Shown: positions 11,480 through 24,100, counted from the stretch's first letter. The stretch is DNA of 64,000 bases from Epiperipatus broadwayi (GCA_028023455.1 JAQFVV010000003.1:18600001-18664000), one strand, 5' to 3'. The notes: generated by a model from the letters alone, not told the origin. Translations and numbers: made by a program.

Positions 11480-12312
11480 GTATACATACAGATATTTTTA
11501 TCATATATGCATACCTATGATATAATATAATTTGAAAATAATACACATGAAAACATCAAAAATAATTAACAAAAAAATGGAATAAAGCAGTTATGAAAAG
11601 GACAATGGAATAGTAAATTAAGAGCATATTTATGTACTCAACTCAAATATAAATGTGTAAATATACGAATGCGTTAATTCATTTTCTCTCTCAAATAAAG
11701 CTTGTTATCATTCATTGTCATATCATTTTTGGTGATACTTATGAAATGTAGATGATACAATGCTTACATAATGTTAAATTTGTATATGTAATGCTATTTG
11801 CTTATACAGATACCTAGCCATTATTTTATGATGGAACTGCAGCAGTAGTATTTGTATCATGAATTAGAAAATTAAAATTTTGTTTATATTAGTCCCAAAA
11901 TACATAATTAATCATAGTAGCTTAAAAGAAATTGTGAACTTTGTTCTGTTATCATCCTTTACTTGCAGTAAATGGCTTGATATCACTTTTTTCAGTGAAT
12001 CCTTTGATGAAGTCTTTGTATAGATTTAATTCTTTCTGACACAAAATGCTTCTCTTAAAAGATTCATTTTCAGTCATTTCTATACTTTAGTAATTTCAGA
12101 AACATTCGTAATCTTAGTATAAATTTGTTTATTTTTATTACTTTATAAATTCATGATTCATTCTTACTGAACATTCACAGCTTTAGCACAGAACATTTTA
12201 TCATTCAAAACTAAGCCAATTGTTTTCATTTTATCATGTAAATAAAGCACTTCTTAGTTTCTGTTAGACTTGCATGATTGCTGCTATCATTAACTTTGTG
12301 CTTTGAGGTCAT
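11480..12312 (-). pseudogene. Tigger/pogo-family DNA transposon relic (CENP-B-like HTH region of the transposase)
   Basis: MTSKHK at 12312, KNES, and QKELNLYKDFIKGFTEKSDIKPFTASKG* (motif end 11952-11987) match the remembered Tigger sequence QKALSLYEDFSKG..SDTKPFTASKGW. The downstream AT-rich part resembles a Tigger2-type 3' region (from memory). Confidence 0.6.
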
Positions 12313-13102
12313 TTTGAAGAAAATTTTAATTTTCTAATTCATTATACCAAAATGACAATTGGCTGTTATCACAACAGTATCATTAAGTACATAAGACTCA
12401 TTATGTATGTGAAACAAGAAAGTAGCTGCCACTATATTGTATTGATAAGTGTATGTGAAATTTAGGAATTATAATTTTTATTTATTTTTGTTTCATACTA
12501 TGATTTATTGAATCCATATGTTTTAAGAATACATATAACAGATCGTGGCAATACCTGTGAGATAAAAAAAATTACATTATGCAGTAATCTTTATACCTCA
12601 TTAGGGGATTAAAAATTTTTGATTATTGAGATTTGAATCTAAATCACCTATTTGCACATTTAGATAAATCTGAAACTAATGTATAATTTTGTATATTTTG
12701 ATAAACTGTTATTAAGCTAACTACAAGGTATCTTGACTATTGGAGAAGGATGATGTATTATATAACTAAAGATTCAATTGACTTTTCTTTCTATCTGCAT
12801 CTTATGTGATATATATATATATCTTCACCAGAATTGTTCTAAGTAGGCAGAAAATTGCCTTAGACTGAAGGTTATATATATAAATTTTACAAAAAAAAAT
12901 CTATCTCAAAAATAAATTTAAATTTAAGGGATAAATACGGAGTATCTAATATGAATTATGATATATATATTTCATTAACTACTATTTATCATCATATTTT
13001 TGGAACTAATATTCCTTAGGATTACACATATATAAATTGGAGAATGTAATAAAAGATATGGGATGGATATGTTGTTGCTTTTTTTAAAATCTAGTATTCC
13101 CT

Positions 13103-13750
13103 TGTTTAAATAAAGCTCATAATATTAGAAAGTTGATGTTTATTTAAAATAGGCTATGGTGTATACATGGCCAGTAGAGTCATGTGGGGCCAATAGGTAA
13201 AGATACTGAATCCAAGTGCTTCTATTAAGGTTAGGAATCTGGCAATAAATAGTCAGCTTTTTTGAAAGTGGGGTCAGAGAACAATTGTTAAACCTGCGTA
13301 GCAGTATACTCGTTCTCCCTATACGGACTAAGACAATCACTGTTAACTTAATAGCAGTATTTACATTCTCCAGACTGTGGATATTTAAGCTAATAATTAT
13401 GCAGCAAGGCAAGTCAATGTTCAGGACTGGGTACTGCTAGAACTAAAGGCCAACTCAAGGCAAGCTGTCATAGTATAGTCGGAAGGGTCGTCATACCTAT
13501 TTACGAAGCAGACTGCCAAGATACAGCTGGAAGTAGGTAGGAAATCTATAAGGGCATTATAGTCCCTTCTTCCATAGTTTATACTAGAACTAGGAATTAA
13601 ATCCTGCCATCGGTAGCAAGCTGAGTATAGCCATTATAAATAGAGTGTCAAATACGAGTGTATGTTTTATATTTGTGTATCATTAATAAATATAACATAG
13701 AACGTATTTATACTCATTTGTGTTTATAGATACAAGCCTGACTAAACACA
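13103..13750 (+). mobile_element. Possible solo LTR
   Basis: GC-enriched ~650-bp island bounded by TGTTTA...TAAACA(CA), with TATAAATAG followed by AATAAA. No TSD found. Confidence 0.3.
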
Positions 13751-15144
13751 ATAATTACATTTAGTTTTTTAAAAAGTAATTACCAATAACAAGTCATACT
13801 AAAGAGCTCAACCATTTTTATAAAGGGAATTCCAATTGTTTATTTTTGAGACAAAAAGAAAAAACATTAAATAATACCTAGGCCCAATTTTTATTGCAAT
13901 ACTGTTAAACATTTTATTGAGATATATTATACATTTATATTTTTTTGTCATCAATGCAATCTTCTATGAATTCTAGAATTTAATCATAATTTTTTCCTAC
14001 TGATCTTATATATATATATATATTTTTGAAGGAGGGGTTTTCTTGCATATTAATTATTATAACTGCTTTATATGTCTACAGTGTTGAATTTCAAGTCTGG
14101 ATTGAATGAACCTTGAAATTTTTTTTAGGCTAGAACAGACTAAAGATCTTTTTTTTTCAGATAGCTTATCCATAACTAACCAGTAAAAGGATAAGCAAGT
14201 GTACATAGGTCATTGATAGCTTTTCCTAGGTTTTTAAATATGCTGGATAGGGGAGTTTTAGTGTTTTTCCATTTCAATTTTACCTCTTTGACTAGAACTA
14301 ACTAGATATCCATTTACTAAACAATAGTTATCTGAGAGAAACATTAATTAAACTAGTATGCAATTTAAAAAAAACACAATTTAGATTTTTCCTAGATTGT
14401 ATTTAAACTTCTAATTCTAGGTATGATAGACTGATATCATATATTAGTTAGAAAATGGGTTGGTCAGATTTAAAAAAAAAATGTTTGTTTCATTGGTTTT
14501 AATGTTTGTATTTTTTTAGTGTCATTCTGCTATAACTTTTTATCATTAGTCATTGTGCACTATTTGGATTTTTTATATTTATGCATTACATTATCATCTA
14601 TAATCTTAGTCAACTATGAAAAATGCTTAGTTGCACTCACAAATTTCTTTGCATTGATAGCACTCCGATGGACAGATTTTTGATTGAACTAACAAAGTCT
14701 TACAATTTGTAATTTTTTGCTGCTGGAGGCCTGATGATTCTGATATTGTTTCTTGATTTGTTTGTGTTTGCAATATTATGTCATATGCCTCTTACAGATT
14801 TTTCTGTTAATAATATTGGGAATGTAGAAAATACATAAGTAATTGCAGAAATTCAATTCCAGGAATTGAATATAGACACTGTATTGTAAGAGAACTTCAT
14901 AAGAAGAGTTTTAAACAGTAATATGATACAATTCTTAATATTTAATCTGCCAGACAACAAAAATCTGCATTGATTACGGATATATTTTTGATTGAAATGT
15001 TTATAGACAGTAGATTTGAAATTTTAAATGTTGCCATGTGGGAAATACAGTTAATGTGCCAGATAGCAAAAACATGCATTAATTGTGACTACATCTTTGA
15101 CAGAAATGTTTATAAACAATATACATTGAAATTTTAAATGTTAT

Positions 15145-15925
15145 TGCTATGTTCAGCGGTGACCAAGTTACAGCACAGCTGGATTGCAATTTTTAAAAAA
15201 ATGACAAATATAATCACAGGTGGCATGGTAATTTAAATTAGAGATACTCCATAATATTTAAATAGTTATTAGAAATGTTTTTCTCTCTTCAACATACAAA
15301 GTTATAACATATATATTTACAATGGGTTGAAGGCAATTGACTTATAAGGGTCCTGCGACTGGGTACTGCGGTCCTGGAATATTAATTAAAAGTTTGGAGA
15401 ATAGTTCTCGGAGAGACTGGATTGGCAAGGCTGACAGTAATTGCCAGAGGAAGAAACATGTCTGTTCTTCAAGGGCTTCAACTAGCTAATTATCTTCTTT
15501 TCCCTTTCTGGTGAAGATCATAGCTCTCAGTTTTTTTTATTAATAATCTAATTGGTTTGTCCACGGTACCACGTGGTAGTACCAATGTTATTACATTCCA
15601 ACCTGCATTTTTGTTTAATAAATATATATACACGTTTTTATATATTTAATTAATTAAAGTTTTCTTTTTTCAGATAATTCTTATCAGGAATCCAATCAGT
15701 ATTTTCCAATGGCATTTAATTAAATTTGCCATAGGGCTACTTGATATTTAATCAGAGCTGCTGATCTTTAAATTAATTTCGCCTAATTAGTTAATAGAAT
15801 TTTAATATGTTCATTGCATTTATACACGCACATACTTAATTTAAACTTTAACATTTTCACGTCTTTTTCTGTTTCAATAAAAATACACGTTTGATCAGAT
15901 TTTTTTAATATATGTGTATTTAGCA
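15145..15925 (-). repeat. 3' LTR of the Mag element (781 bp)
   Basis: Direct repeat of 17713-18478. The expected PPT position (15926-15942) reads AGGG(TG)n on the minus strand. Confidence 0.9.
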
Positions 15926-16157
15926 CACACACACACACCCTGTTTAGAGATCAAAGGGTTTTCATTTTCTGCTCTCTGAATTAAGAGCATACTCACCAAA
16001 GTGGGTGGGGGGTTTCCTCTCATGCCTAGGGTATAGTGGGGTGTTGGATTCTAATGCTGCGAAATTATTACCATTAGGAGGTTTTTTTATTCCCGGTCTG
16101 TAGTTTTTCCGTTACTACTTTTGATTTAACTTCGAAAGTAAACTTGCTGCTATTCTT

Positions 16158-16733
16158 TCATGGTTGCTTGATATGCTTATGAAGTACTTTTTTGTCTGCC
16201 ATCTGGACAGCAACAACTTGATTGCTCAGGTGACGTACTACTTCTCCACTGGTCCACTTTTTATCTTGATTATTTTTGACCCAAATTCGGTCATTTGGTG
16301 AAAATTTATTTATGATATCTGTGGGTGGTTTGACATGTTCAGTTTTTATGTGATAATAGTCTTTACTCTGATGATTGGAGAGCTGGTATTTGTCCTTATT
16401 TTTTCCAGTATGTAATTTAATTCCCAATTCTCTGAACCATTCGTGGCCAATGAGAGGGTTTACCTTGACATGGACTATGTATAATGGTAGTTTCCAGTTT
16501 TTGGCATTACTAGTCGTGACAGGAACTGGGATTTGGCATCTAATGTTATTTATGTCGTGAGCTTTTAAGTTTGGCTTTAGTATTTTTGGGGGATGCGTCA
16601 TGTCGGCCATGATGGTTTTCCAGTTTGTAAAAGAGATCAAGGATACTCCATTACCGCTGTCTATTTCTATATGAACAGGTTTTCCGAAGATTTTTAATGT
16701 CATTTCAATTTTGTGATCCTGGTCAGATGACAC
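16158..16733 (-). CDS. Aspartic protease fused in frame to the integrase C-terminal (SH3-like) tail
   Basis: IEIDSGNGVSLIS protease active site and LIGHEWFRELG, joined directly to FSPNDRIWVKN...KWTSGEVV...HKHIKQ, typical of the Mag pol C-terminus. Confidence 0.75.
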   Translation of the reverse strand: MSSDQDHKIEMTLKIFGKPVHIEIDSGNGVSLISFTNWKTIMADMTHPPKILKPNLKAHDINNIRCQIPVPVTTSNAKNWKLPLYIVHVKVNPLIGHEWFRELGIKLHTGKNKDKYQLSNHQSKDYYHIKTEHVKPPTDIINKFSPNDRIWVKNNQDKKWTSGEVVRHLSNQVVAVQMADKKVLHKHIKQP

Positions 16734-16789
16734 ATTATTTATTAGAACAAATTTTTCTTGAGGTTTGTCTTTAGTAAGGCGCTCCTGGC

Positions 16790-17554
16790 AGTTTTTGCTT
16801 GTGTAATCAACAGATTTCTTTTTTCAGCACATTTTCTCTAAATGGCCTATTTTTTTACAGTTTCTGCATTGTTATTCTTTATAAACACATTCAGTGGACC
16901 TGTGTCCAATTTTACCACAACAGAAACATTTTTAATATTGTTTTGAATTTTCTGCTTTGTGTTAATTTTCTGGGTTGCACTTCCTTCCAAATTATCTACC
17001 TTTGCTATTTTATAGGGATCTCTGTCTGCTAATTTGATGTCTGTGAATTCTTTTGCTTGCATAGCCACAAGCTCATGGGCTATCCCACGCTTGATAGCTT
17101 CCTTGTAGTTGATGGCACTGTCTGCCAATAACTGTTGTCTCAAGGTGTGACTGGTCATACCACATAGAAATTGTTTAAGGAGTACTTCCTCCAGGTATGA
17201 TTCATAGACACAATTCTTGGCCAATTCTCACAGGGCCATATCATATTCTTGAGTACGCTTGTGCTGACAGTGGTTTCTAAAATGGAGTCTGGCGATGTAT
17301 CTAGACTCATAAGGGTTGAAGTACTCTACTAATTTCTCTTTGAACGGCTGCAACGTTAATTCTTCCGGGGTTTCAGGTTCAAACAGTCTGTTAGCAATCT
17401 GAATAACGCCTTTCCCTGCATAGCACAATAACATTGCACTTTTAATTTTGTCATCTTTTGTTCTATTAATGACCAGGAGTTTCTCAATTTGTTGGACAAA
17501 GAGGGACCATTTGCTTGCCACTGTGACATCAAATTCTGATATTGCTGGCTGCAT
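16790..17554 (-). pseudogene. Mag-type gag (frameshifted)
   Basis: ORFs 17228-17554 (W..F...IE....N...D..K..MLL..AG...) and 16847-17224 (CVYESYLEEVLLKQFLCGM....LRQQLL) are typical of Mag gag. Confidence 0.8.
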
Positions 17555-17700
17555 TACAGTATATAATATTAATCACTTTAATTTTCTCTTGTTTAAAAGA
17601 AAACGAATAGTTCACTTGCACGGGTTAATTAAACTAGTAATTTTCCATCTGCCCGTTACGTAATCTGAAGGGATTTCGATCATCGGGGTTCGTTCACAAT

Positions 17701-17710
17701 GACTGCGCCA
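17701..17710 (-). promoter_or_regulatory. Primer-binding site, tRNA-Ser-like
   Basis: Minus-strand TGGCGCAGTC, 2 nt after the 5' LTR, complementary to a tRNA-Ser 3' end (GACUGCGCCA). Confidence 0.8.
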
Positions 17711-17712
17711 GT

Positions 17713-18478
17713 TGCTATGTTTAGCTGCGACCAAGTTACAGCACAGCTGGATTGCAATTTTAAAAAAATGACATAAATATAATCACAAGTGGCACAGCAT
17801 TTTAAATTATAGATACTCCATAATATTTAAATAGTTATTATAAATTTTCCTCTCTCTTCAACATACAAAGTTATAACATATATATTTACAATGGGTTTGA
17901 AGGCAATTAACTTATGAGGGTCCTGCGACCTGGTACTGTAGTTCCGGAATATTAATTAAAAGTTTGGAGAATAGTATTCGGAGAAACCGGATTGGCAAGG
18001 CTAACAGTAATTGCCAGAGGAAGAAACACGTCTATTCTTCAAGGGCTTCAATTAGTTAATTATCTTCTTTTTCCTTTCTGTGAAGATCATGGCTCTCAGT
18101 TTTTTTATTAATAATCTAATTGGTTGGAGTCCACTACCAATGTTATTACATTCCAACCTACTTTTTTTGTGTAATAAATATATATACAAGTTCTTATATA
18201 TTTAATTAATTAAAGTTTTCTTTTTTCAGATAATTCTTATCAGGAATCCAATCCGTATTTTCCAATGGCATTTAATTAAATTTGCTATAGGGCTATTTGA
18301 TATTTAATCAGAGTTGCTGGTCTTTAAATTAATTTCGCCTAATTAGTTCATAGCATTTTTATATGTCCATTGCATTATACATGCACATACTTAATTTAAA
18401 CTTTAACATTTTCACGTCTTTTTCTATTTCAATAAAAATACATGTTTGATCAGATTTTTCTAATATGCATATTTAGCA
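17713..18478 (-). repeat. 5' LTR of the Mag element (766 bp)
   Basis: Direct repeat of 15145-15925, adjacent to the PBS. Confidence 0.9.
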
Positions 18479-18776
18479 GTTATCATATAGGAAATACAGT
18501 CTTGAGTGTTTTGAAGCTTTTTTTTTTTTTTTTGTATATAAAAAAAAAAAAATATATATGTTTTTAGAAAATACATATTTCCTAAAAATATTGAAAATGG
18601 AAGATGCTAAATTATTTTTTCTTGGCAACTTTAATTTATTTGTACTTAGACTTATCCAGATCTTTTACATTTTCATTGAAATTGTATAATTTGACACCTT
18701 TTTTTTTTTTCAATTTTGTTGCATCATTTTATAAGATAAATATTGCTGTAGAATGCTGTAAATTACTTTATTATAT

Positions 18777-20359
18777 TGTGACAGAATGGGTTCGAACCCA
18801 GACACAAATAATATTATTAATTGGTATTTAAACATATGTAGATGTAGATATATAATATTAATTTTATTACGTGGTGGTGGTTACAAATACACAAATGCGG
18901 AGGAGGGACTCTGTTATTTTGAAACGATGTATATGTCCATGTGACAAATGTGTGTATGAATGGATTAAGTAGTTGAAAAGAGAGAAACAAGATTTTTGTT
19001 TCACGTTTAAAAAACTAGAAGTTTCCCACAGAAATGAGATTTCACACTCTTTTACGTACAATAAAAGCTATGATAAAAGTTTTCACACGTCAACCAGATC
19101 TGGTTGTCAGCATTGGAAACAGGAAGTGAAGTCAAAAGAAACTTCTAGAACAAATGGAGGGGGCTATAAAAGAAAGTCACCCATAATGCATTTTGTCTTG
19201 GCCCTGCAGAGTTACAGCCATGAACAGTAAAATCGTAAATCCAGAGTATTAAAAGTTTTAATATTTTTTTTTACATAATGGCAGATCCAAAAGAAATGTC
19301 GGGGTAAGAACATACCGTGTCGGATTCAAACCCCTAATTCCAACCAACTGCAGCTGCCTCGGCCCTATAATACCAAGATACCTCGGAATAAAACATAATT
19401 CCCAACGTGGAACCAAGCTGAACCTCGTCAACCAATAGACATGAAGATCGGGAGCCTTCGCATTGAATTACCTGTGATGAACGGAACTCTTTAAAATAAA
19501 TAAATCTGCTTCCACTAATTCTCCAGGGAAATTCAGGTAAAGAACTTTATGTACTGATTTTTCTTTTCTTTTGTGAGAAAGAAATTTTTACATTTATAAT
19601 AAGTGAAGGTGACAATCTAAGTTAACTTAATGAAATTTTCTTAAAGTTTTATTTAATTGTGGACATAAATAACGTAATTATTGTCGGAGGTCACATGAAA
19701 TAAACTTTTTTTAGTATCGACCTTCAATACTTGATTTATGTTTGATAAATCTATTGGAAAGAATGATGTATGTTTGCGTATCAAAAGGACAGAGTAGTAA
19801 TTACATTTATATAATATTAAATATAGAAAGAAAAGTAGAATGTTGAATTATTTATTTATTTTTTTATCTAAAGGATCAAAGAATAATAATGATCTTTAGA
19901 AGTCTTTAATAAAACTGATTTGATAATGAAACTCAAAACAAATCTTATTGTGATATTTTCTTTGCAGATCCATTTTTTTTTTTTTTATGTGTTTAAAAAA
20001 AAACTCTTAACCCCATTCATAGCTACTCCTGGCTGTGATGCCACCCGACCATGAGACTGAGCTAGCCGATGGTCAAAAACCTCTCTCATGTTACGTAAGA
20101 TAGTGTTCTTATTGATAATATATTCACTTCATTTAATTCTTATATTCATATAAGATTGGTGCTTGGAGTCCTTCAGATGACCATAAATACACATTGGGAA
20201 TATATTATAATTATGAGAACGAATCCAGAAGTTTTGAACAACAATATTTAAATCAAAACCATTTTAATTAAATATAAATACATGGATGCGCATGTTTGCT
20301 ATATCGTAGGTATATTCGGTAGTGTACTCTATCTAGTGAGAGGTATGGGATTTGTTACA
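18777..20359 (+). repeat. 5' LTR of the gag-only element
   Basis: Direct repeat of 21745-23316. TATAAAAG at 19165-19172 with a downstream AATAAA; 14-bp palindrome TGGGTTCGAACCCA near the start. Confidence 0.92.
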
Positions 20360-20360
20360 A

Positions 20361-20373
20361 TGGCGTCCCAACT
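20361..20373 (+). promoter_or_regulatory. Primer-binding site, tRNA-Lys(CUU)-like
   Basis: TGGCGTCCCAACT, 1 nt after the LTR; matches TGGCGCCCAAC with one extra T. Confidence 0.65.
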
Positions 20374-20735
20374 AAAGGACTTCGAAGAGAAGTAGAGGGG
20401 AATGGGGAAAGTTATGAGATTTCAGAAATATGTTAATAAAGCGAAAAGTTTTATATTTTTATTGATGAAGGAGTTGTTTAGATATATAATTCAAATAAAT
20501 CATTGAATAAAATGAAGTGCATTATTTTGTTAAATATATATTTATTAAGAAATAACCATTTTGTCATTTCATGGTTGTGCAGTAGGTCAAAGATACACAA
20601 TGTGTTATCCTTTGTTTGTCTAATTTGATGAGGTTTCGAGAGGTAAAGAGGCTAACAGGAAGGCAGTGCAGTGTGCTGGGATGGGGGAGTGGGTTCGAGG
20701 TGTTAATCAAAAGTAAAATAAAAGAAAAATTTTTT

Positions 20736-21678
20736 ATGAAAACAAGGGCGCAAAATAAACTGGAAAAAGAAGAACAGGAAAATATTTTGGAGTGAATTTT
20801 GGGAAAGCTTGAAAGTTTAGAATTTAGATTCGGAGAAATAGAAAAGTGAATGGATAGATTGGAAGAGAAAGTGGGATTTAAAGATGAAAATGATTTGGGG
20901 GAACATGAAGGTGAAAAAACAGATACGGAGAGCGGGGGTGAACAGAAGCAATGCGCTCAAGTAAACCCCTCAGGAAAACCGGCTGTGGTAATAGGTCATG
21001 CGATGGTGCAAGAGAATGTGAAGCAATTCCTAAAAATTCGTCCATTCACAGGTAGGATGGGGGCAGCACCTGTTAAGCATCTATGTAGCTTGAGAAAATA
21101 CTTCAGTATAAATCCCATGGTGGAAGAAAGTAAAATAATTATCGCATGCGGCAACCTCACAGACAATCCTCAGTCGTGGTGGGACGCGCTTGTTTGACAG
21201 TCGGTTACTTTTGAAGAGTATCAAAAAGAAGTGAGAGGCTTTTTGGTCCAAGGATAGGCAGGAGTTAACACTCTATCAAATCATGCAAGAGAAGTTTAAA
21301 GAAGGTTGCAACGATAGCTATTCACAATTTTTTTATAAATAGGTGGCTAGACTGCGGACATTGGATGCATGCAACCTGACAGAGAATCATATACTCCGCA
21401 TTGTAAGGCATAGTATGCCCATGAGAGTGGAACAGATGTTCTTGGAGGTGGGGAAAGCATCCATTGGAGAGATTGCTGAGTTGCTCAATGCCATTGATAT
21501 GAGCTCGTATGACTACAGTGGGCATCATGAAGCAGTAAAAGAGGATGAAAGAGGGTGGAGAACAGGAATGGAGACATTTCTAAAATGGAGAGAAACACCT
21601 GAAGAGAAGAGACTACCTGAGAAGCCGAACTTCAGACCAGAAAAAGAAGCAGAAGAACACATGAGGCGAAACAGATAG
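20736..21678 (+). pseudogene. gag (coiled coil + capsid), ~314 codons, 3 in-frame TGA stops and 1 frameshift
   Basis: MKTRAQ start in frame with ORF 20850-21197, continuing into ORF 21343-21678 after a frameshift. The capsid segment KQFLK..KIIIA..TFEEYQ..KDRQE..LYQ..LTE..I.RI is homologous to the gag of the 36790-52308 element. Confidence 0.85.
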
Positions 21679-21744
21679 TATTGTACCAAAATGAGCCGTT
21701 CAAAATATGCAAAGGTATTTGAAAGCTTTTGGAGGAGGAGGTAT

Positions 21745-23316
21745 TGTGACAGAGTGGGTTCGAACCCAGTCACCAATAATATTATTAATTGGTATTTAAA
21801 CATATATGTAGATGTAGACATATAATATTAATTTTATTACGTGGTGGTGGTTACAAATACACAAACGCAGAAGAGGGACTCTGTCATTTTGAAATGATGT
21901 ATATGTGCGTGTGACAAATGTGTGTATGAATGGATTAAGTAGTTTAAAAGAGAGAAATGAGATTTTTGTCTCACGTTTAAAAAACTAGAGGTTTCCCACA
22001 GAAATGAGATTTCACTTTCTTTTATGTACAATAAAAGCTATGATAAAAGTTTTCACATGTCAACCAGATCTGATTAGTCAGCAGTGGAAACAGGAAGTGA
22101 AGTCAAAAGAAACTTCTAGAACAAATGGAGGGGGCTATAAAAGAGAGTCACCCATAATGCATTTTGTCTTGGCCCTGCAAAGTTACAGCCTTGAACAGTA
22201 AAATTGTAAATCCAGAATATTAAAAGTTTTAATATTTTTTCTTACATAATGGCGGATCCAAAAGAAATGTCAGGGTAAGAACATATTGTGTCGGATTCAA
22301 CCAACTGCAGCTGCCTCGCCCAATAATACCAAGATGCCTCGGAATAAAGCATAATTCCCAACTTGGAACCAAGCTGAACCTCGTCAACTAACGGACATGA
22401 AGATCGGGAGCCTTCGCATTGAATTACCTGTGATGAACAGAACTCTTTAAAATAAATAAATCTGCTTCCACTAATTCCCCAGGGAAATTCAGGTAAAGAA
22501 CTTTAAGTACTGATTTTTCTTTTCTTTTATGAGAAAGAAATTTTTACCATTTATAATAAGTGAAGGTGACAATCTAAGTTAACTTAATGAAATTTTTTTA
22601 AAGTCTTATTTAATTGCTGACATAAATAACGTAATTATTGTCGGAGGTCAGGTGAAATAAACTTTTCTTCGTATCGACATTCACTACTTGATTTATGTGT
22701 GATAAATCTATTGGAAAGAATGACGTATGTGTGCGTATCGAAAGGACAGAGTAGTAATTACATTTATATAATATTAAATATAGAAAGAAAAGTAGAGTGT
22801 TGAATTTTTTTTTTTAATCTAAAGGATCAAAGAATAATAATGATCTTTAGAAGTCTTTAATAAAACTGATTTGATAATGAAATTCAAAACAAATCTTATT
22901 GTGATATTTTCTTTGCAGATCCATTTATTTATTTATTTTTTTATGTGTTTAAAAAAAAAACTCTTAACCCCATTCATAGCTACTCCCGGCTGTGATGCCA
23001 CCCGACCATGAGACTGAGCTAGCCGATGGTCAAAAATCTCTCTCACGTTACATAAGATAGTGTTCTTGTTGGTAATATATTCACTTTGTGTAATTCTTAT
23101 ATTTGTATAAGATTGGCACTTGGAGACCTTCGGATGACCATAAATACGCGTTGGGAATATATTACAGTTATGAGAACGAATCCAGAAGTTTTGAACAACA
23201 ATATTTAAATCAAAACCATTTTAATTAAATATAAATACGTGGGCAAACATGTTTGCTATATCGTAGGTATATTCGGTAGTGGACTCTATCTAGGGAGAGG
23301 TATGGGTTTTGTTACA
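21745..23316 (+). repeat. 3' LTR of the gag-only element
   Basis: Direct repeat of 18777-20359, preceded by the PPT. Confidence 0.92.
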
Positions 23317-23339
23317 ATATATTTTGAAAAGCATAGTTT

Positions 23340-24100
23340 GGAATAGAACTGATTATTAGAAAGACTGAAGATATTTGTAAGGTTAAATGAATCTGCAGAA
23401 AAAAATATATAGGAAGATAGCATTATTGTTTATTTCCTATTGAATGACTTATTTTTTATGTAGATTACTTTAATAATGGAAGTAGGATGATTGATTAAAT
23501 TAGATTTGCAGATAATAAATATGAGCTTAACAAAATGCTTAGTAAGATTTTAGAAATTGTAGATGAAAATAAATCCATTAAAAGTAAAAAACAGAGAAAA
23601 TAGGTGTGGAGAATAAAAGTGTTAGTTTATCAGGAAGTTTAAACTAGAATAGTGTTTTAAAATATTTGTGAAGTTGCTCAAATGATAATGTAAATAGCAA
23701 TAATAATAAAAAAGTAACAAAAGGCTTTTAATTAAAATAGATAAAGTGGCATTCTGTGATTTATCCAAATTAAATTTTAAAAAAAGATTTGATTGAAATG
23801 AAACAGAAATTTATAAGATTAAGAAAAATAGAACATTGAATATTGTAGATGTTGGTTTGAAAAAAAATAGTAAACACATGTTGAAAGGATTGTAGTAACA
23901 ATGTAGAGATAATAAAAAGAGAAAGTGAAAAGAGATTATGTATTGAGAAAATAAAGAAGAAGTATAAATTTGATTGATATATACTTTGAAGTAGAGCATT
24001 TTCTGGAAGAGAATGTAAATAGTAAGAAGAAAAAAAGAAAATGATAAATGACCTTAAAGGAAAAGATAATTATAATTATCTGAAGTTGATTAAGAAATTG
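23340..24100 (+). pseudogene. Very decayed RTE-clade LINE RT C-terminal relic
   Basis: IRFAD (23499-23513) followed by ELNKML, FKY-like and HMLK fragments in RTE order; purine-biased strand. Confidence 0.4.

Larger units (their letters stand above)
15145..18478 (-). mobile_element. Mag-clade Ty3/gypsy LTR retrotransposon, internally deleted (no RT/RNase H/integrase core), 3.33 kb
   Basis: Two direct LTRs with TGCTA...TAGCA ends, a perfect 5-bp TSD GTTAT (15140-15144 / 18479-18483), a PBS, and gag and protease ORFs. Confidence 0.92.
18777..23316 (+). mobile_element. Gag-only Ty3/gypsy LTR element (4.54 kb; 1.58-kb LTRs, 1.39-kb internal region)
   Basis: LTRs 18777-20359 and 21745-23316 (TGTGAC...GTTACA). 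TSD ATAT (18773-18776 / 23317-23320). PBS 20361-20373; PPT GGAGGAGGAGG 21731-21741. No pol sequence. Confidence 0.93.

Noticed and set aside
18867-22201. Paired ORFs 18867/21837 and 18973/22004; likewise 36698-37079/46493-46737 and 38836/51415-51877
   Set aside because: They are chance frames duplicated because they sit in LTR pairs; starts and stops differ between copies and no domain is recognisable.
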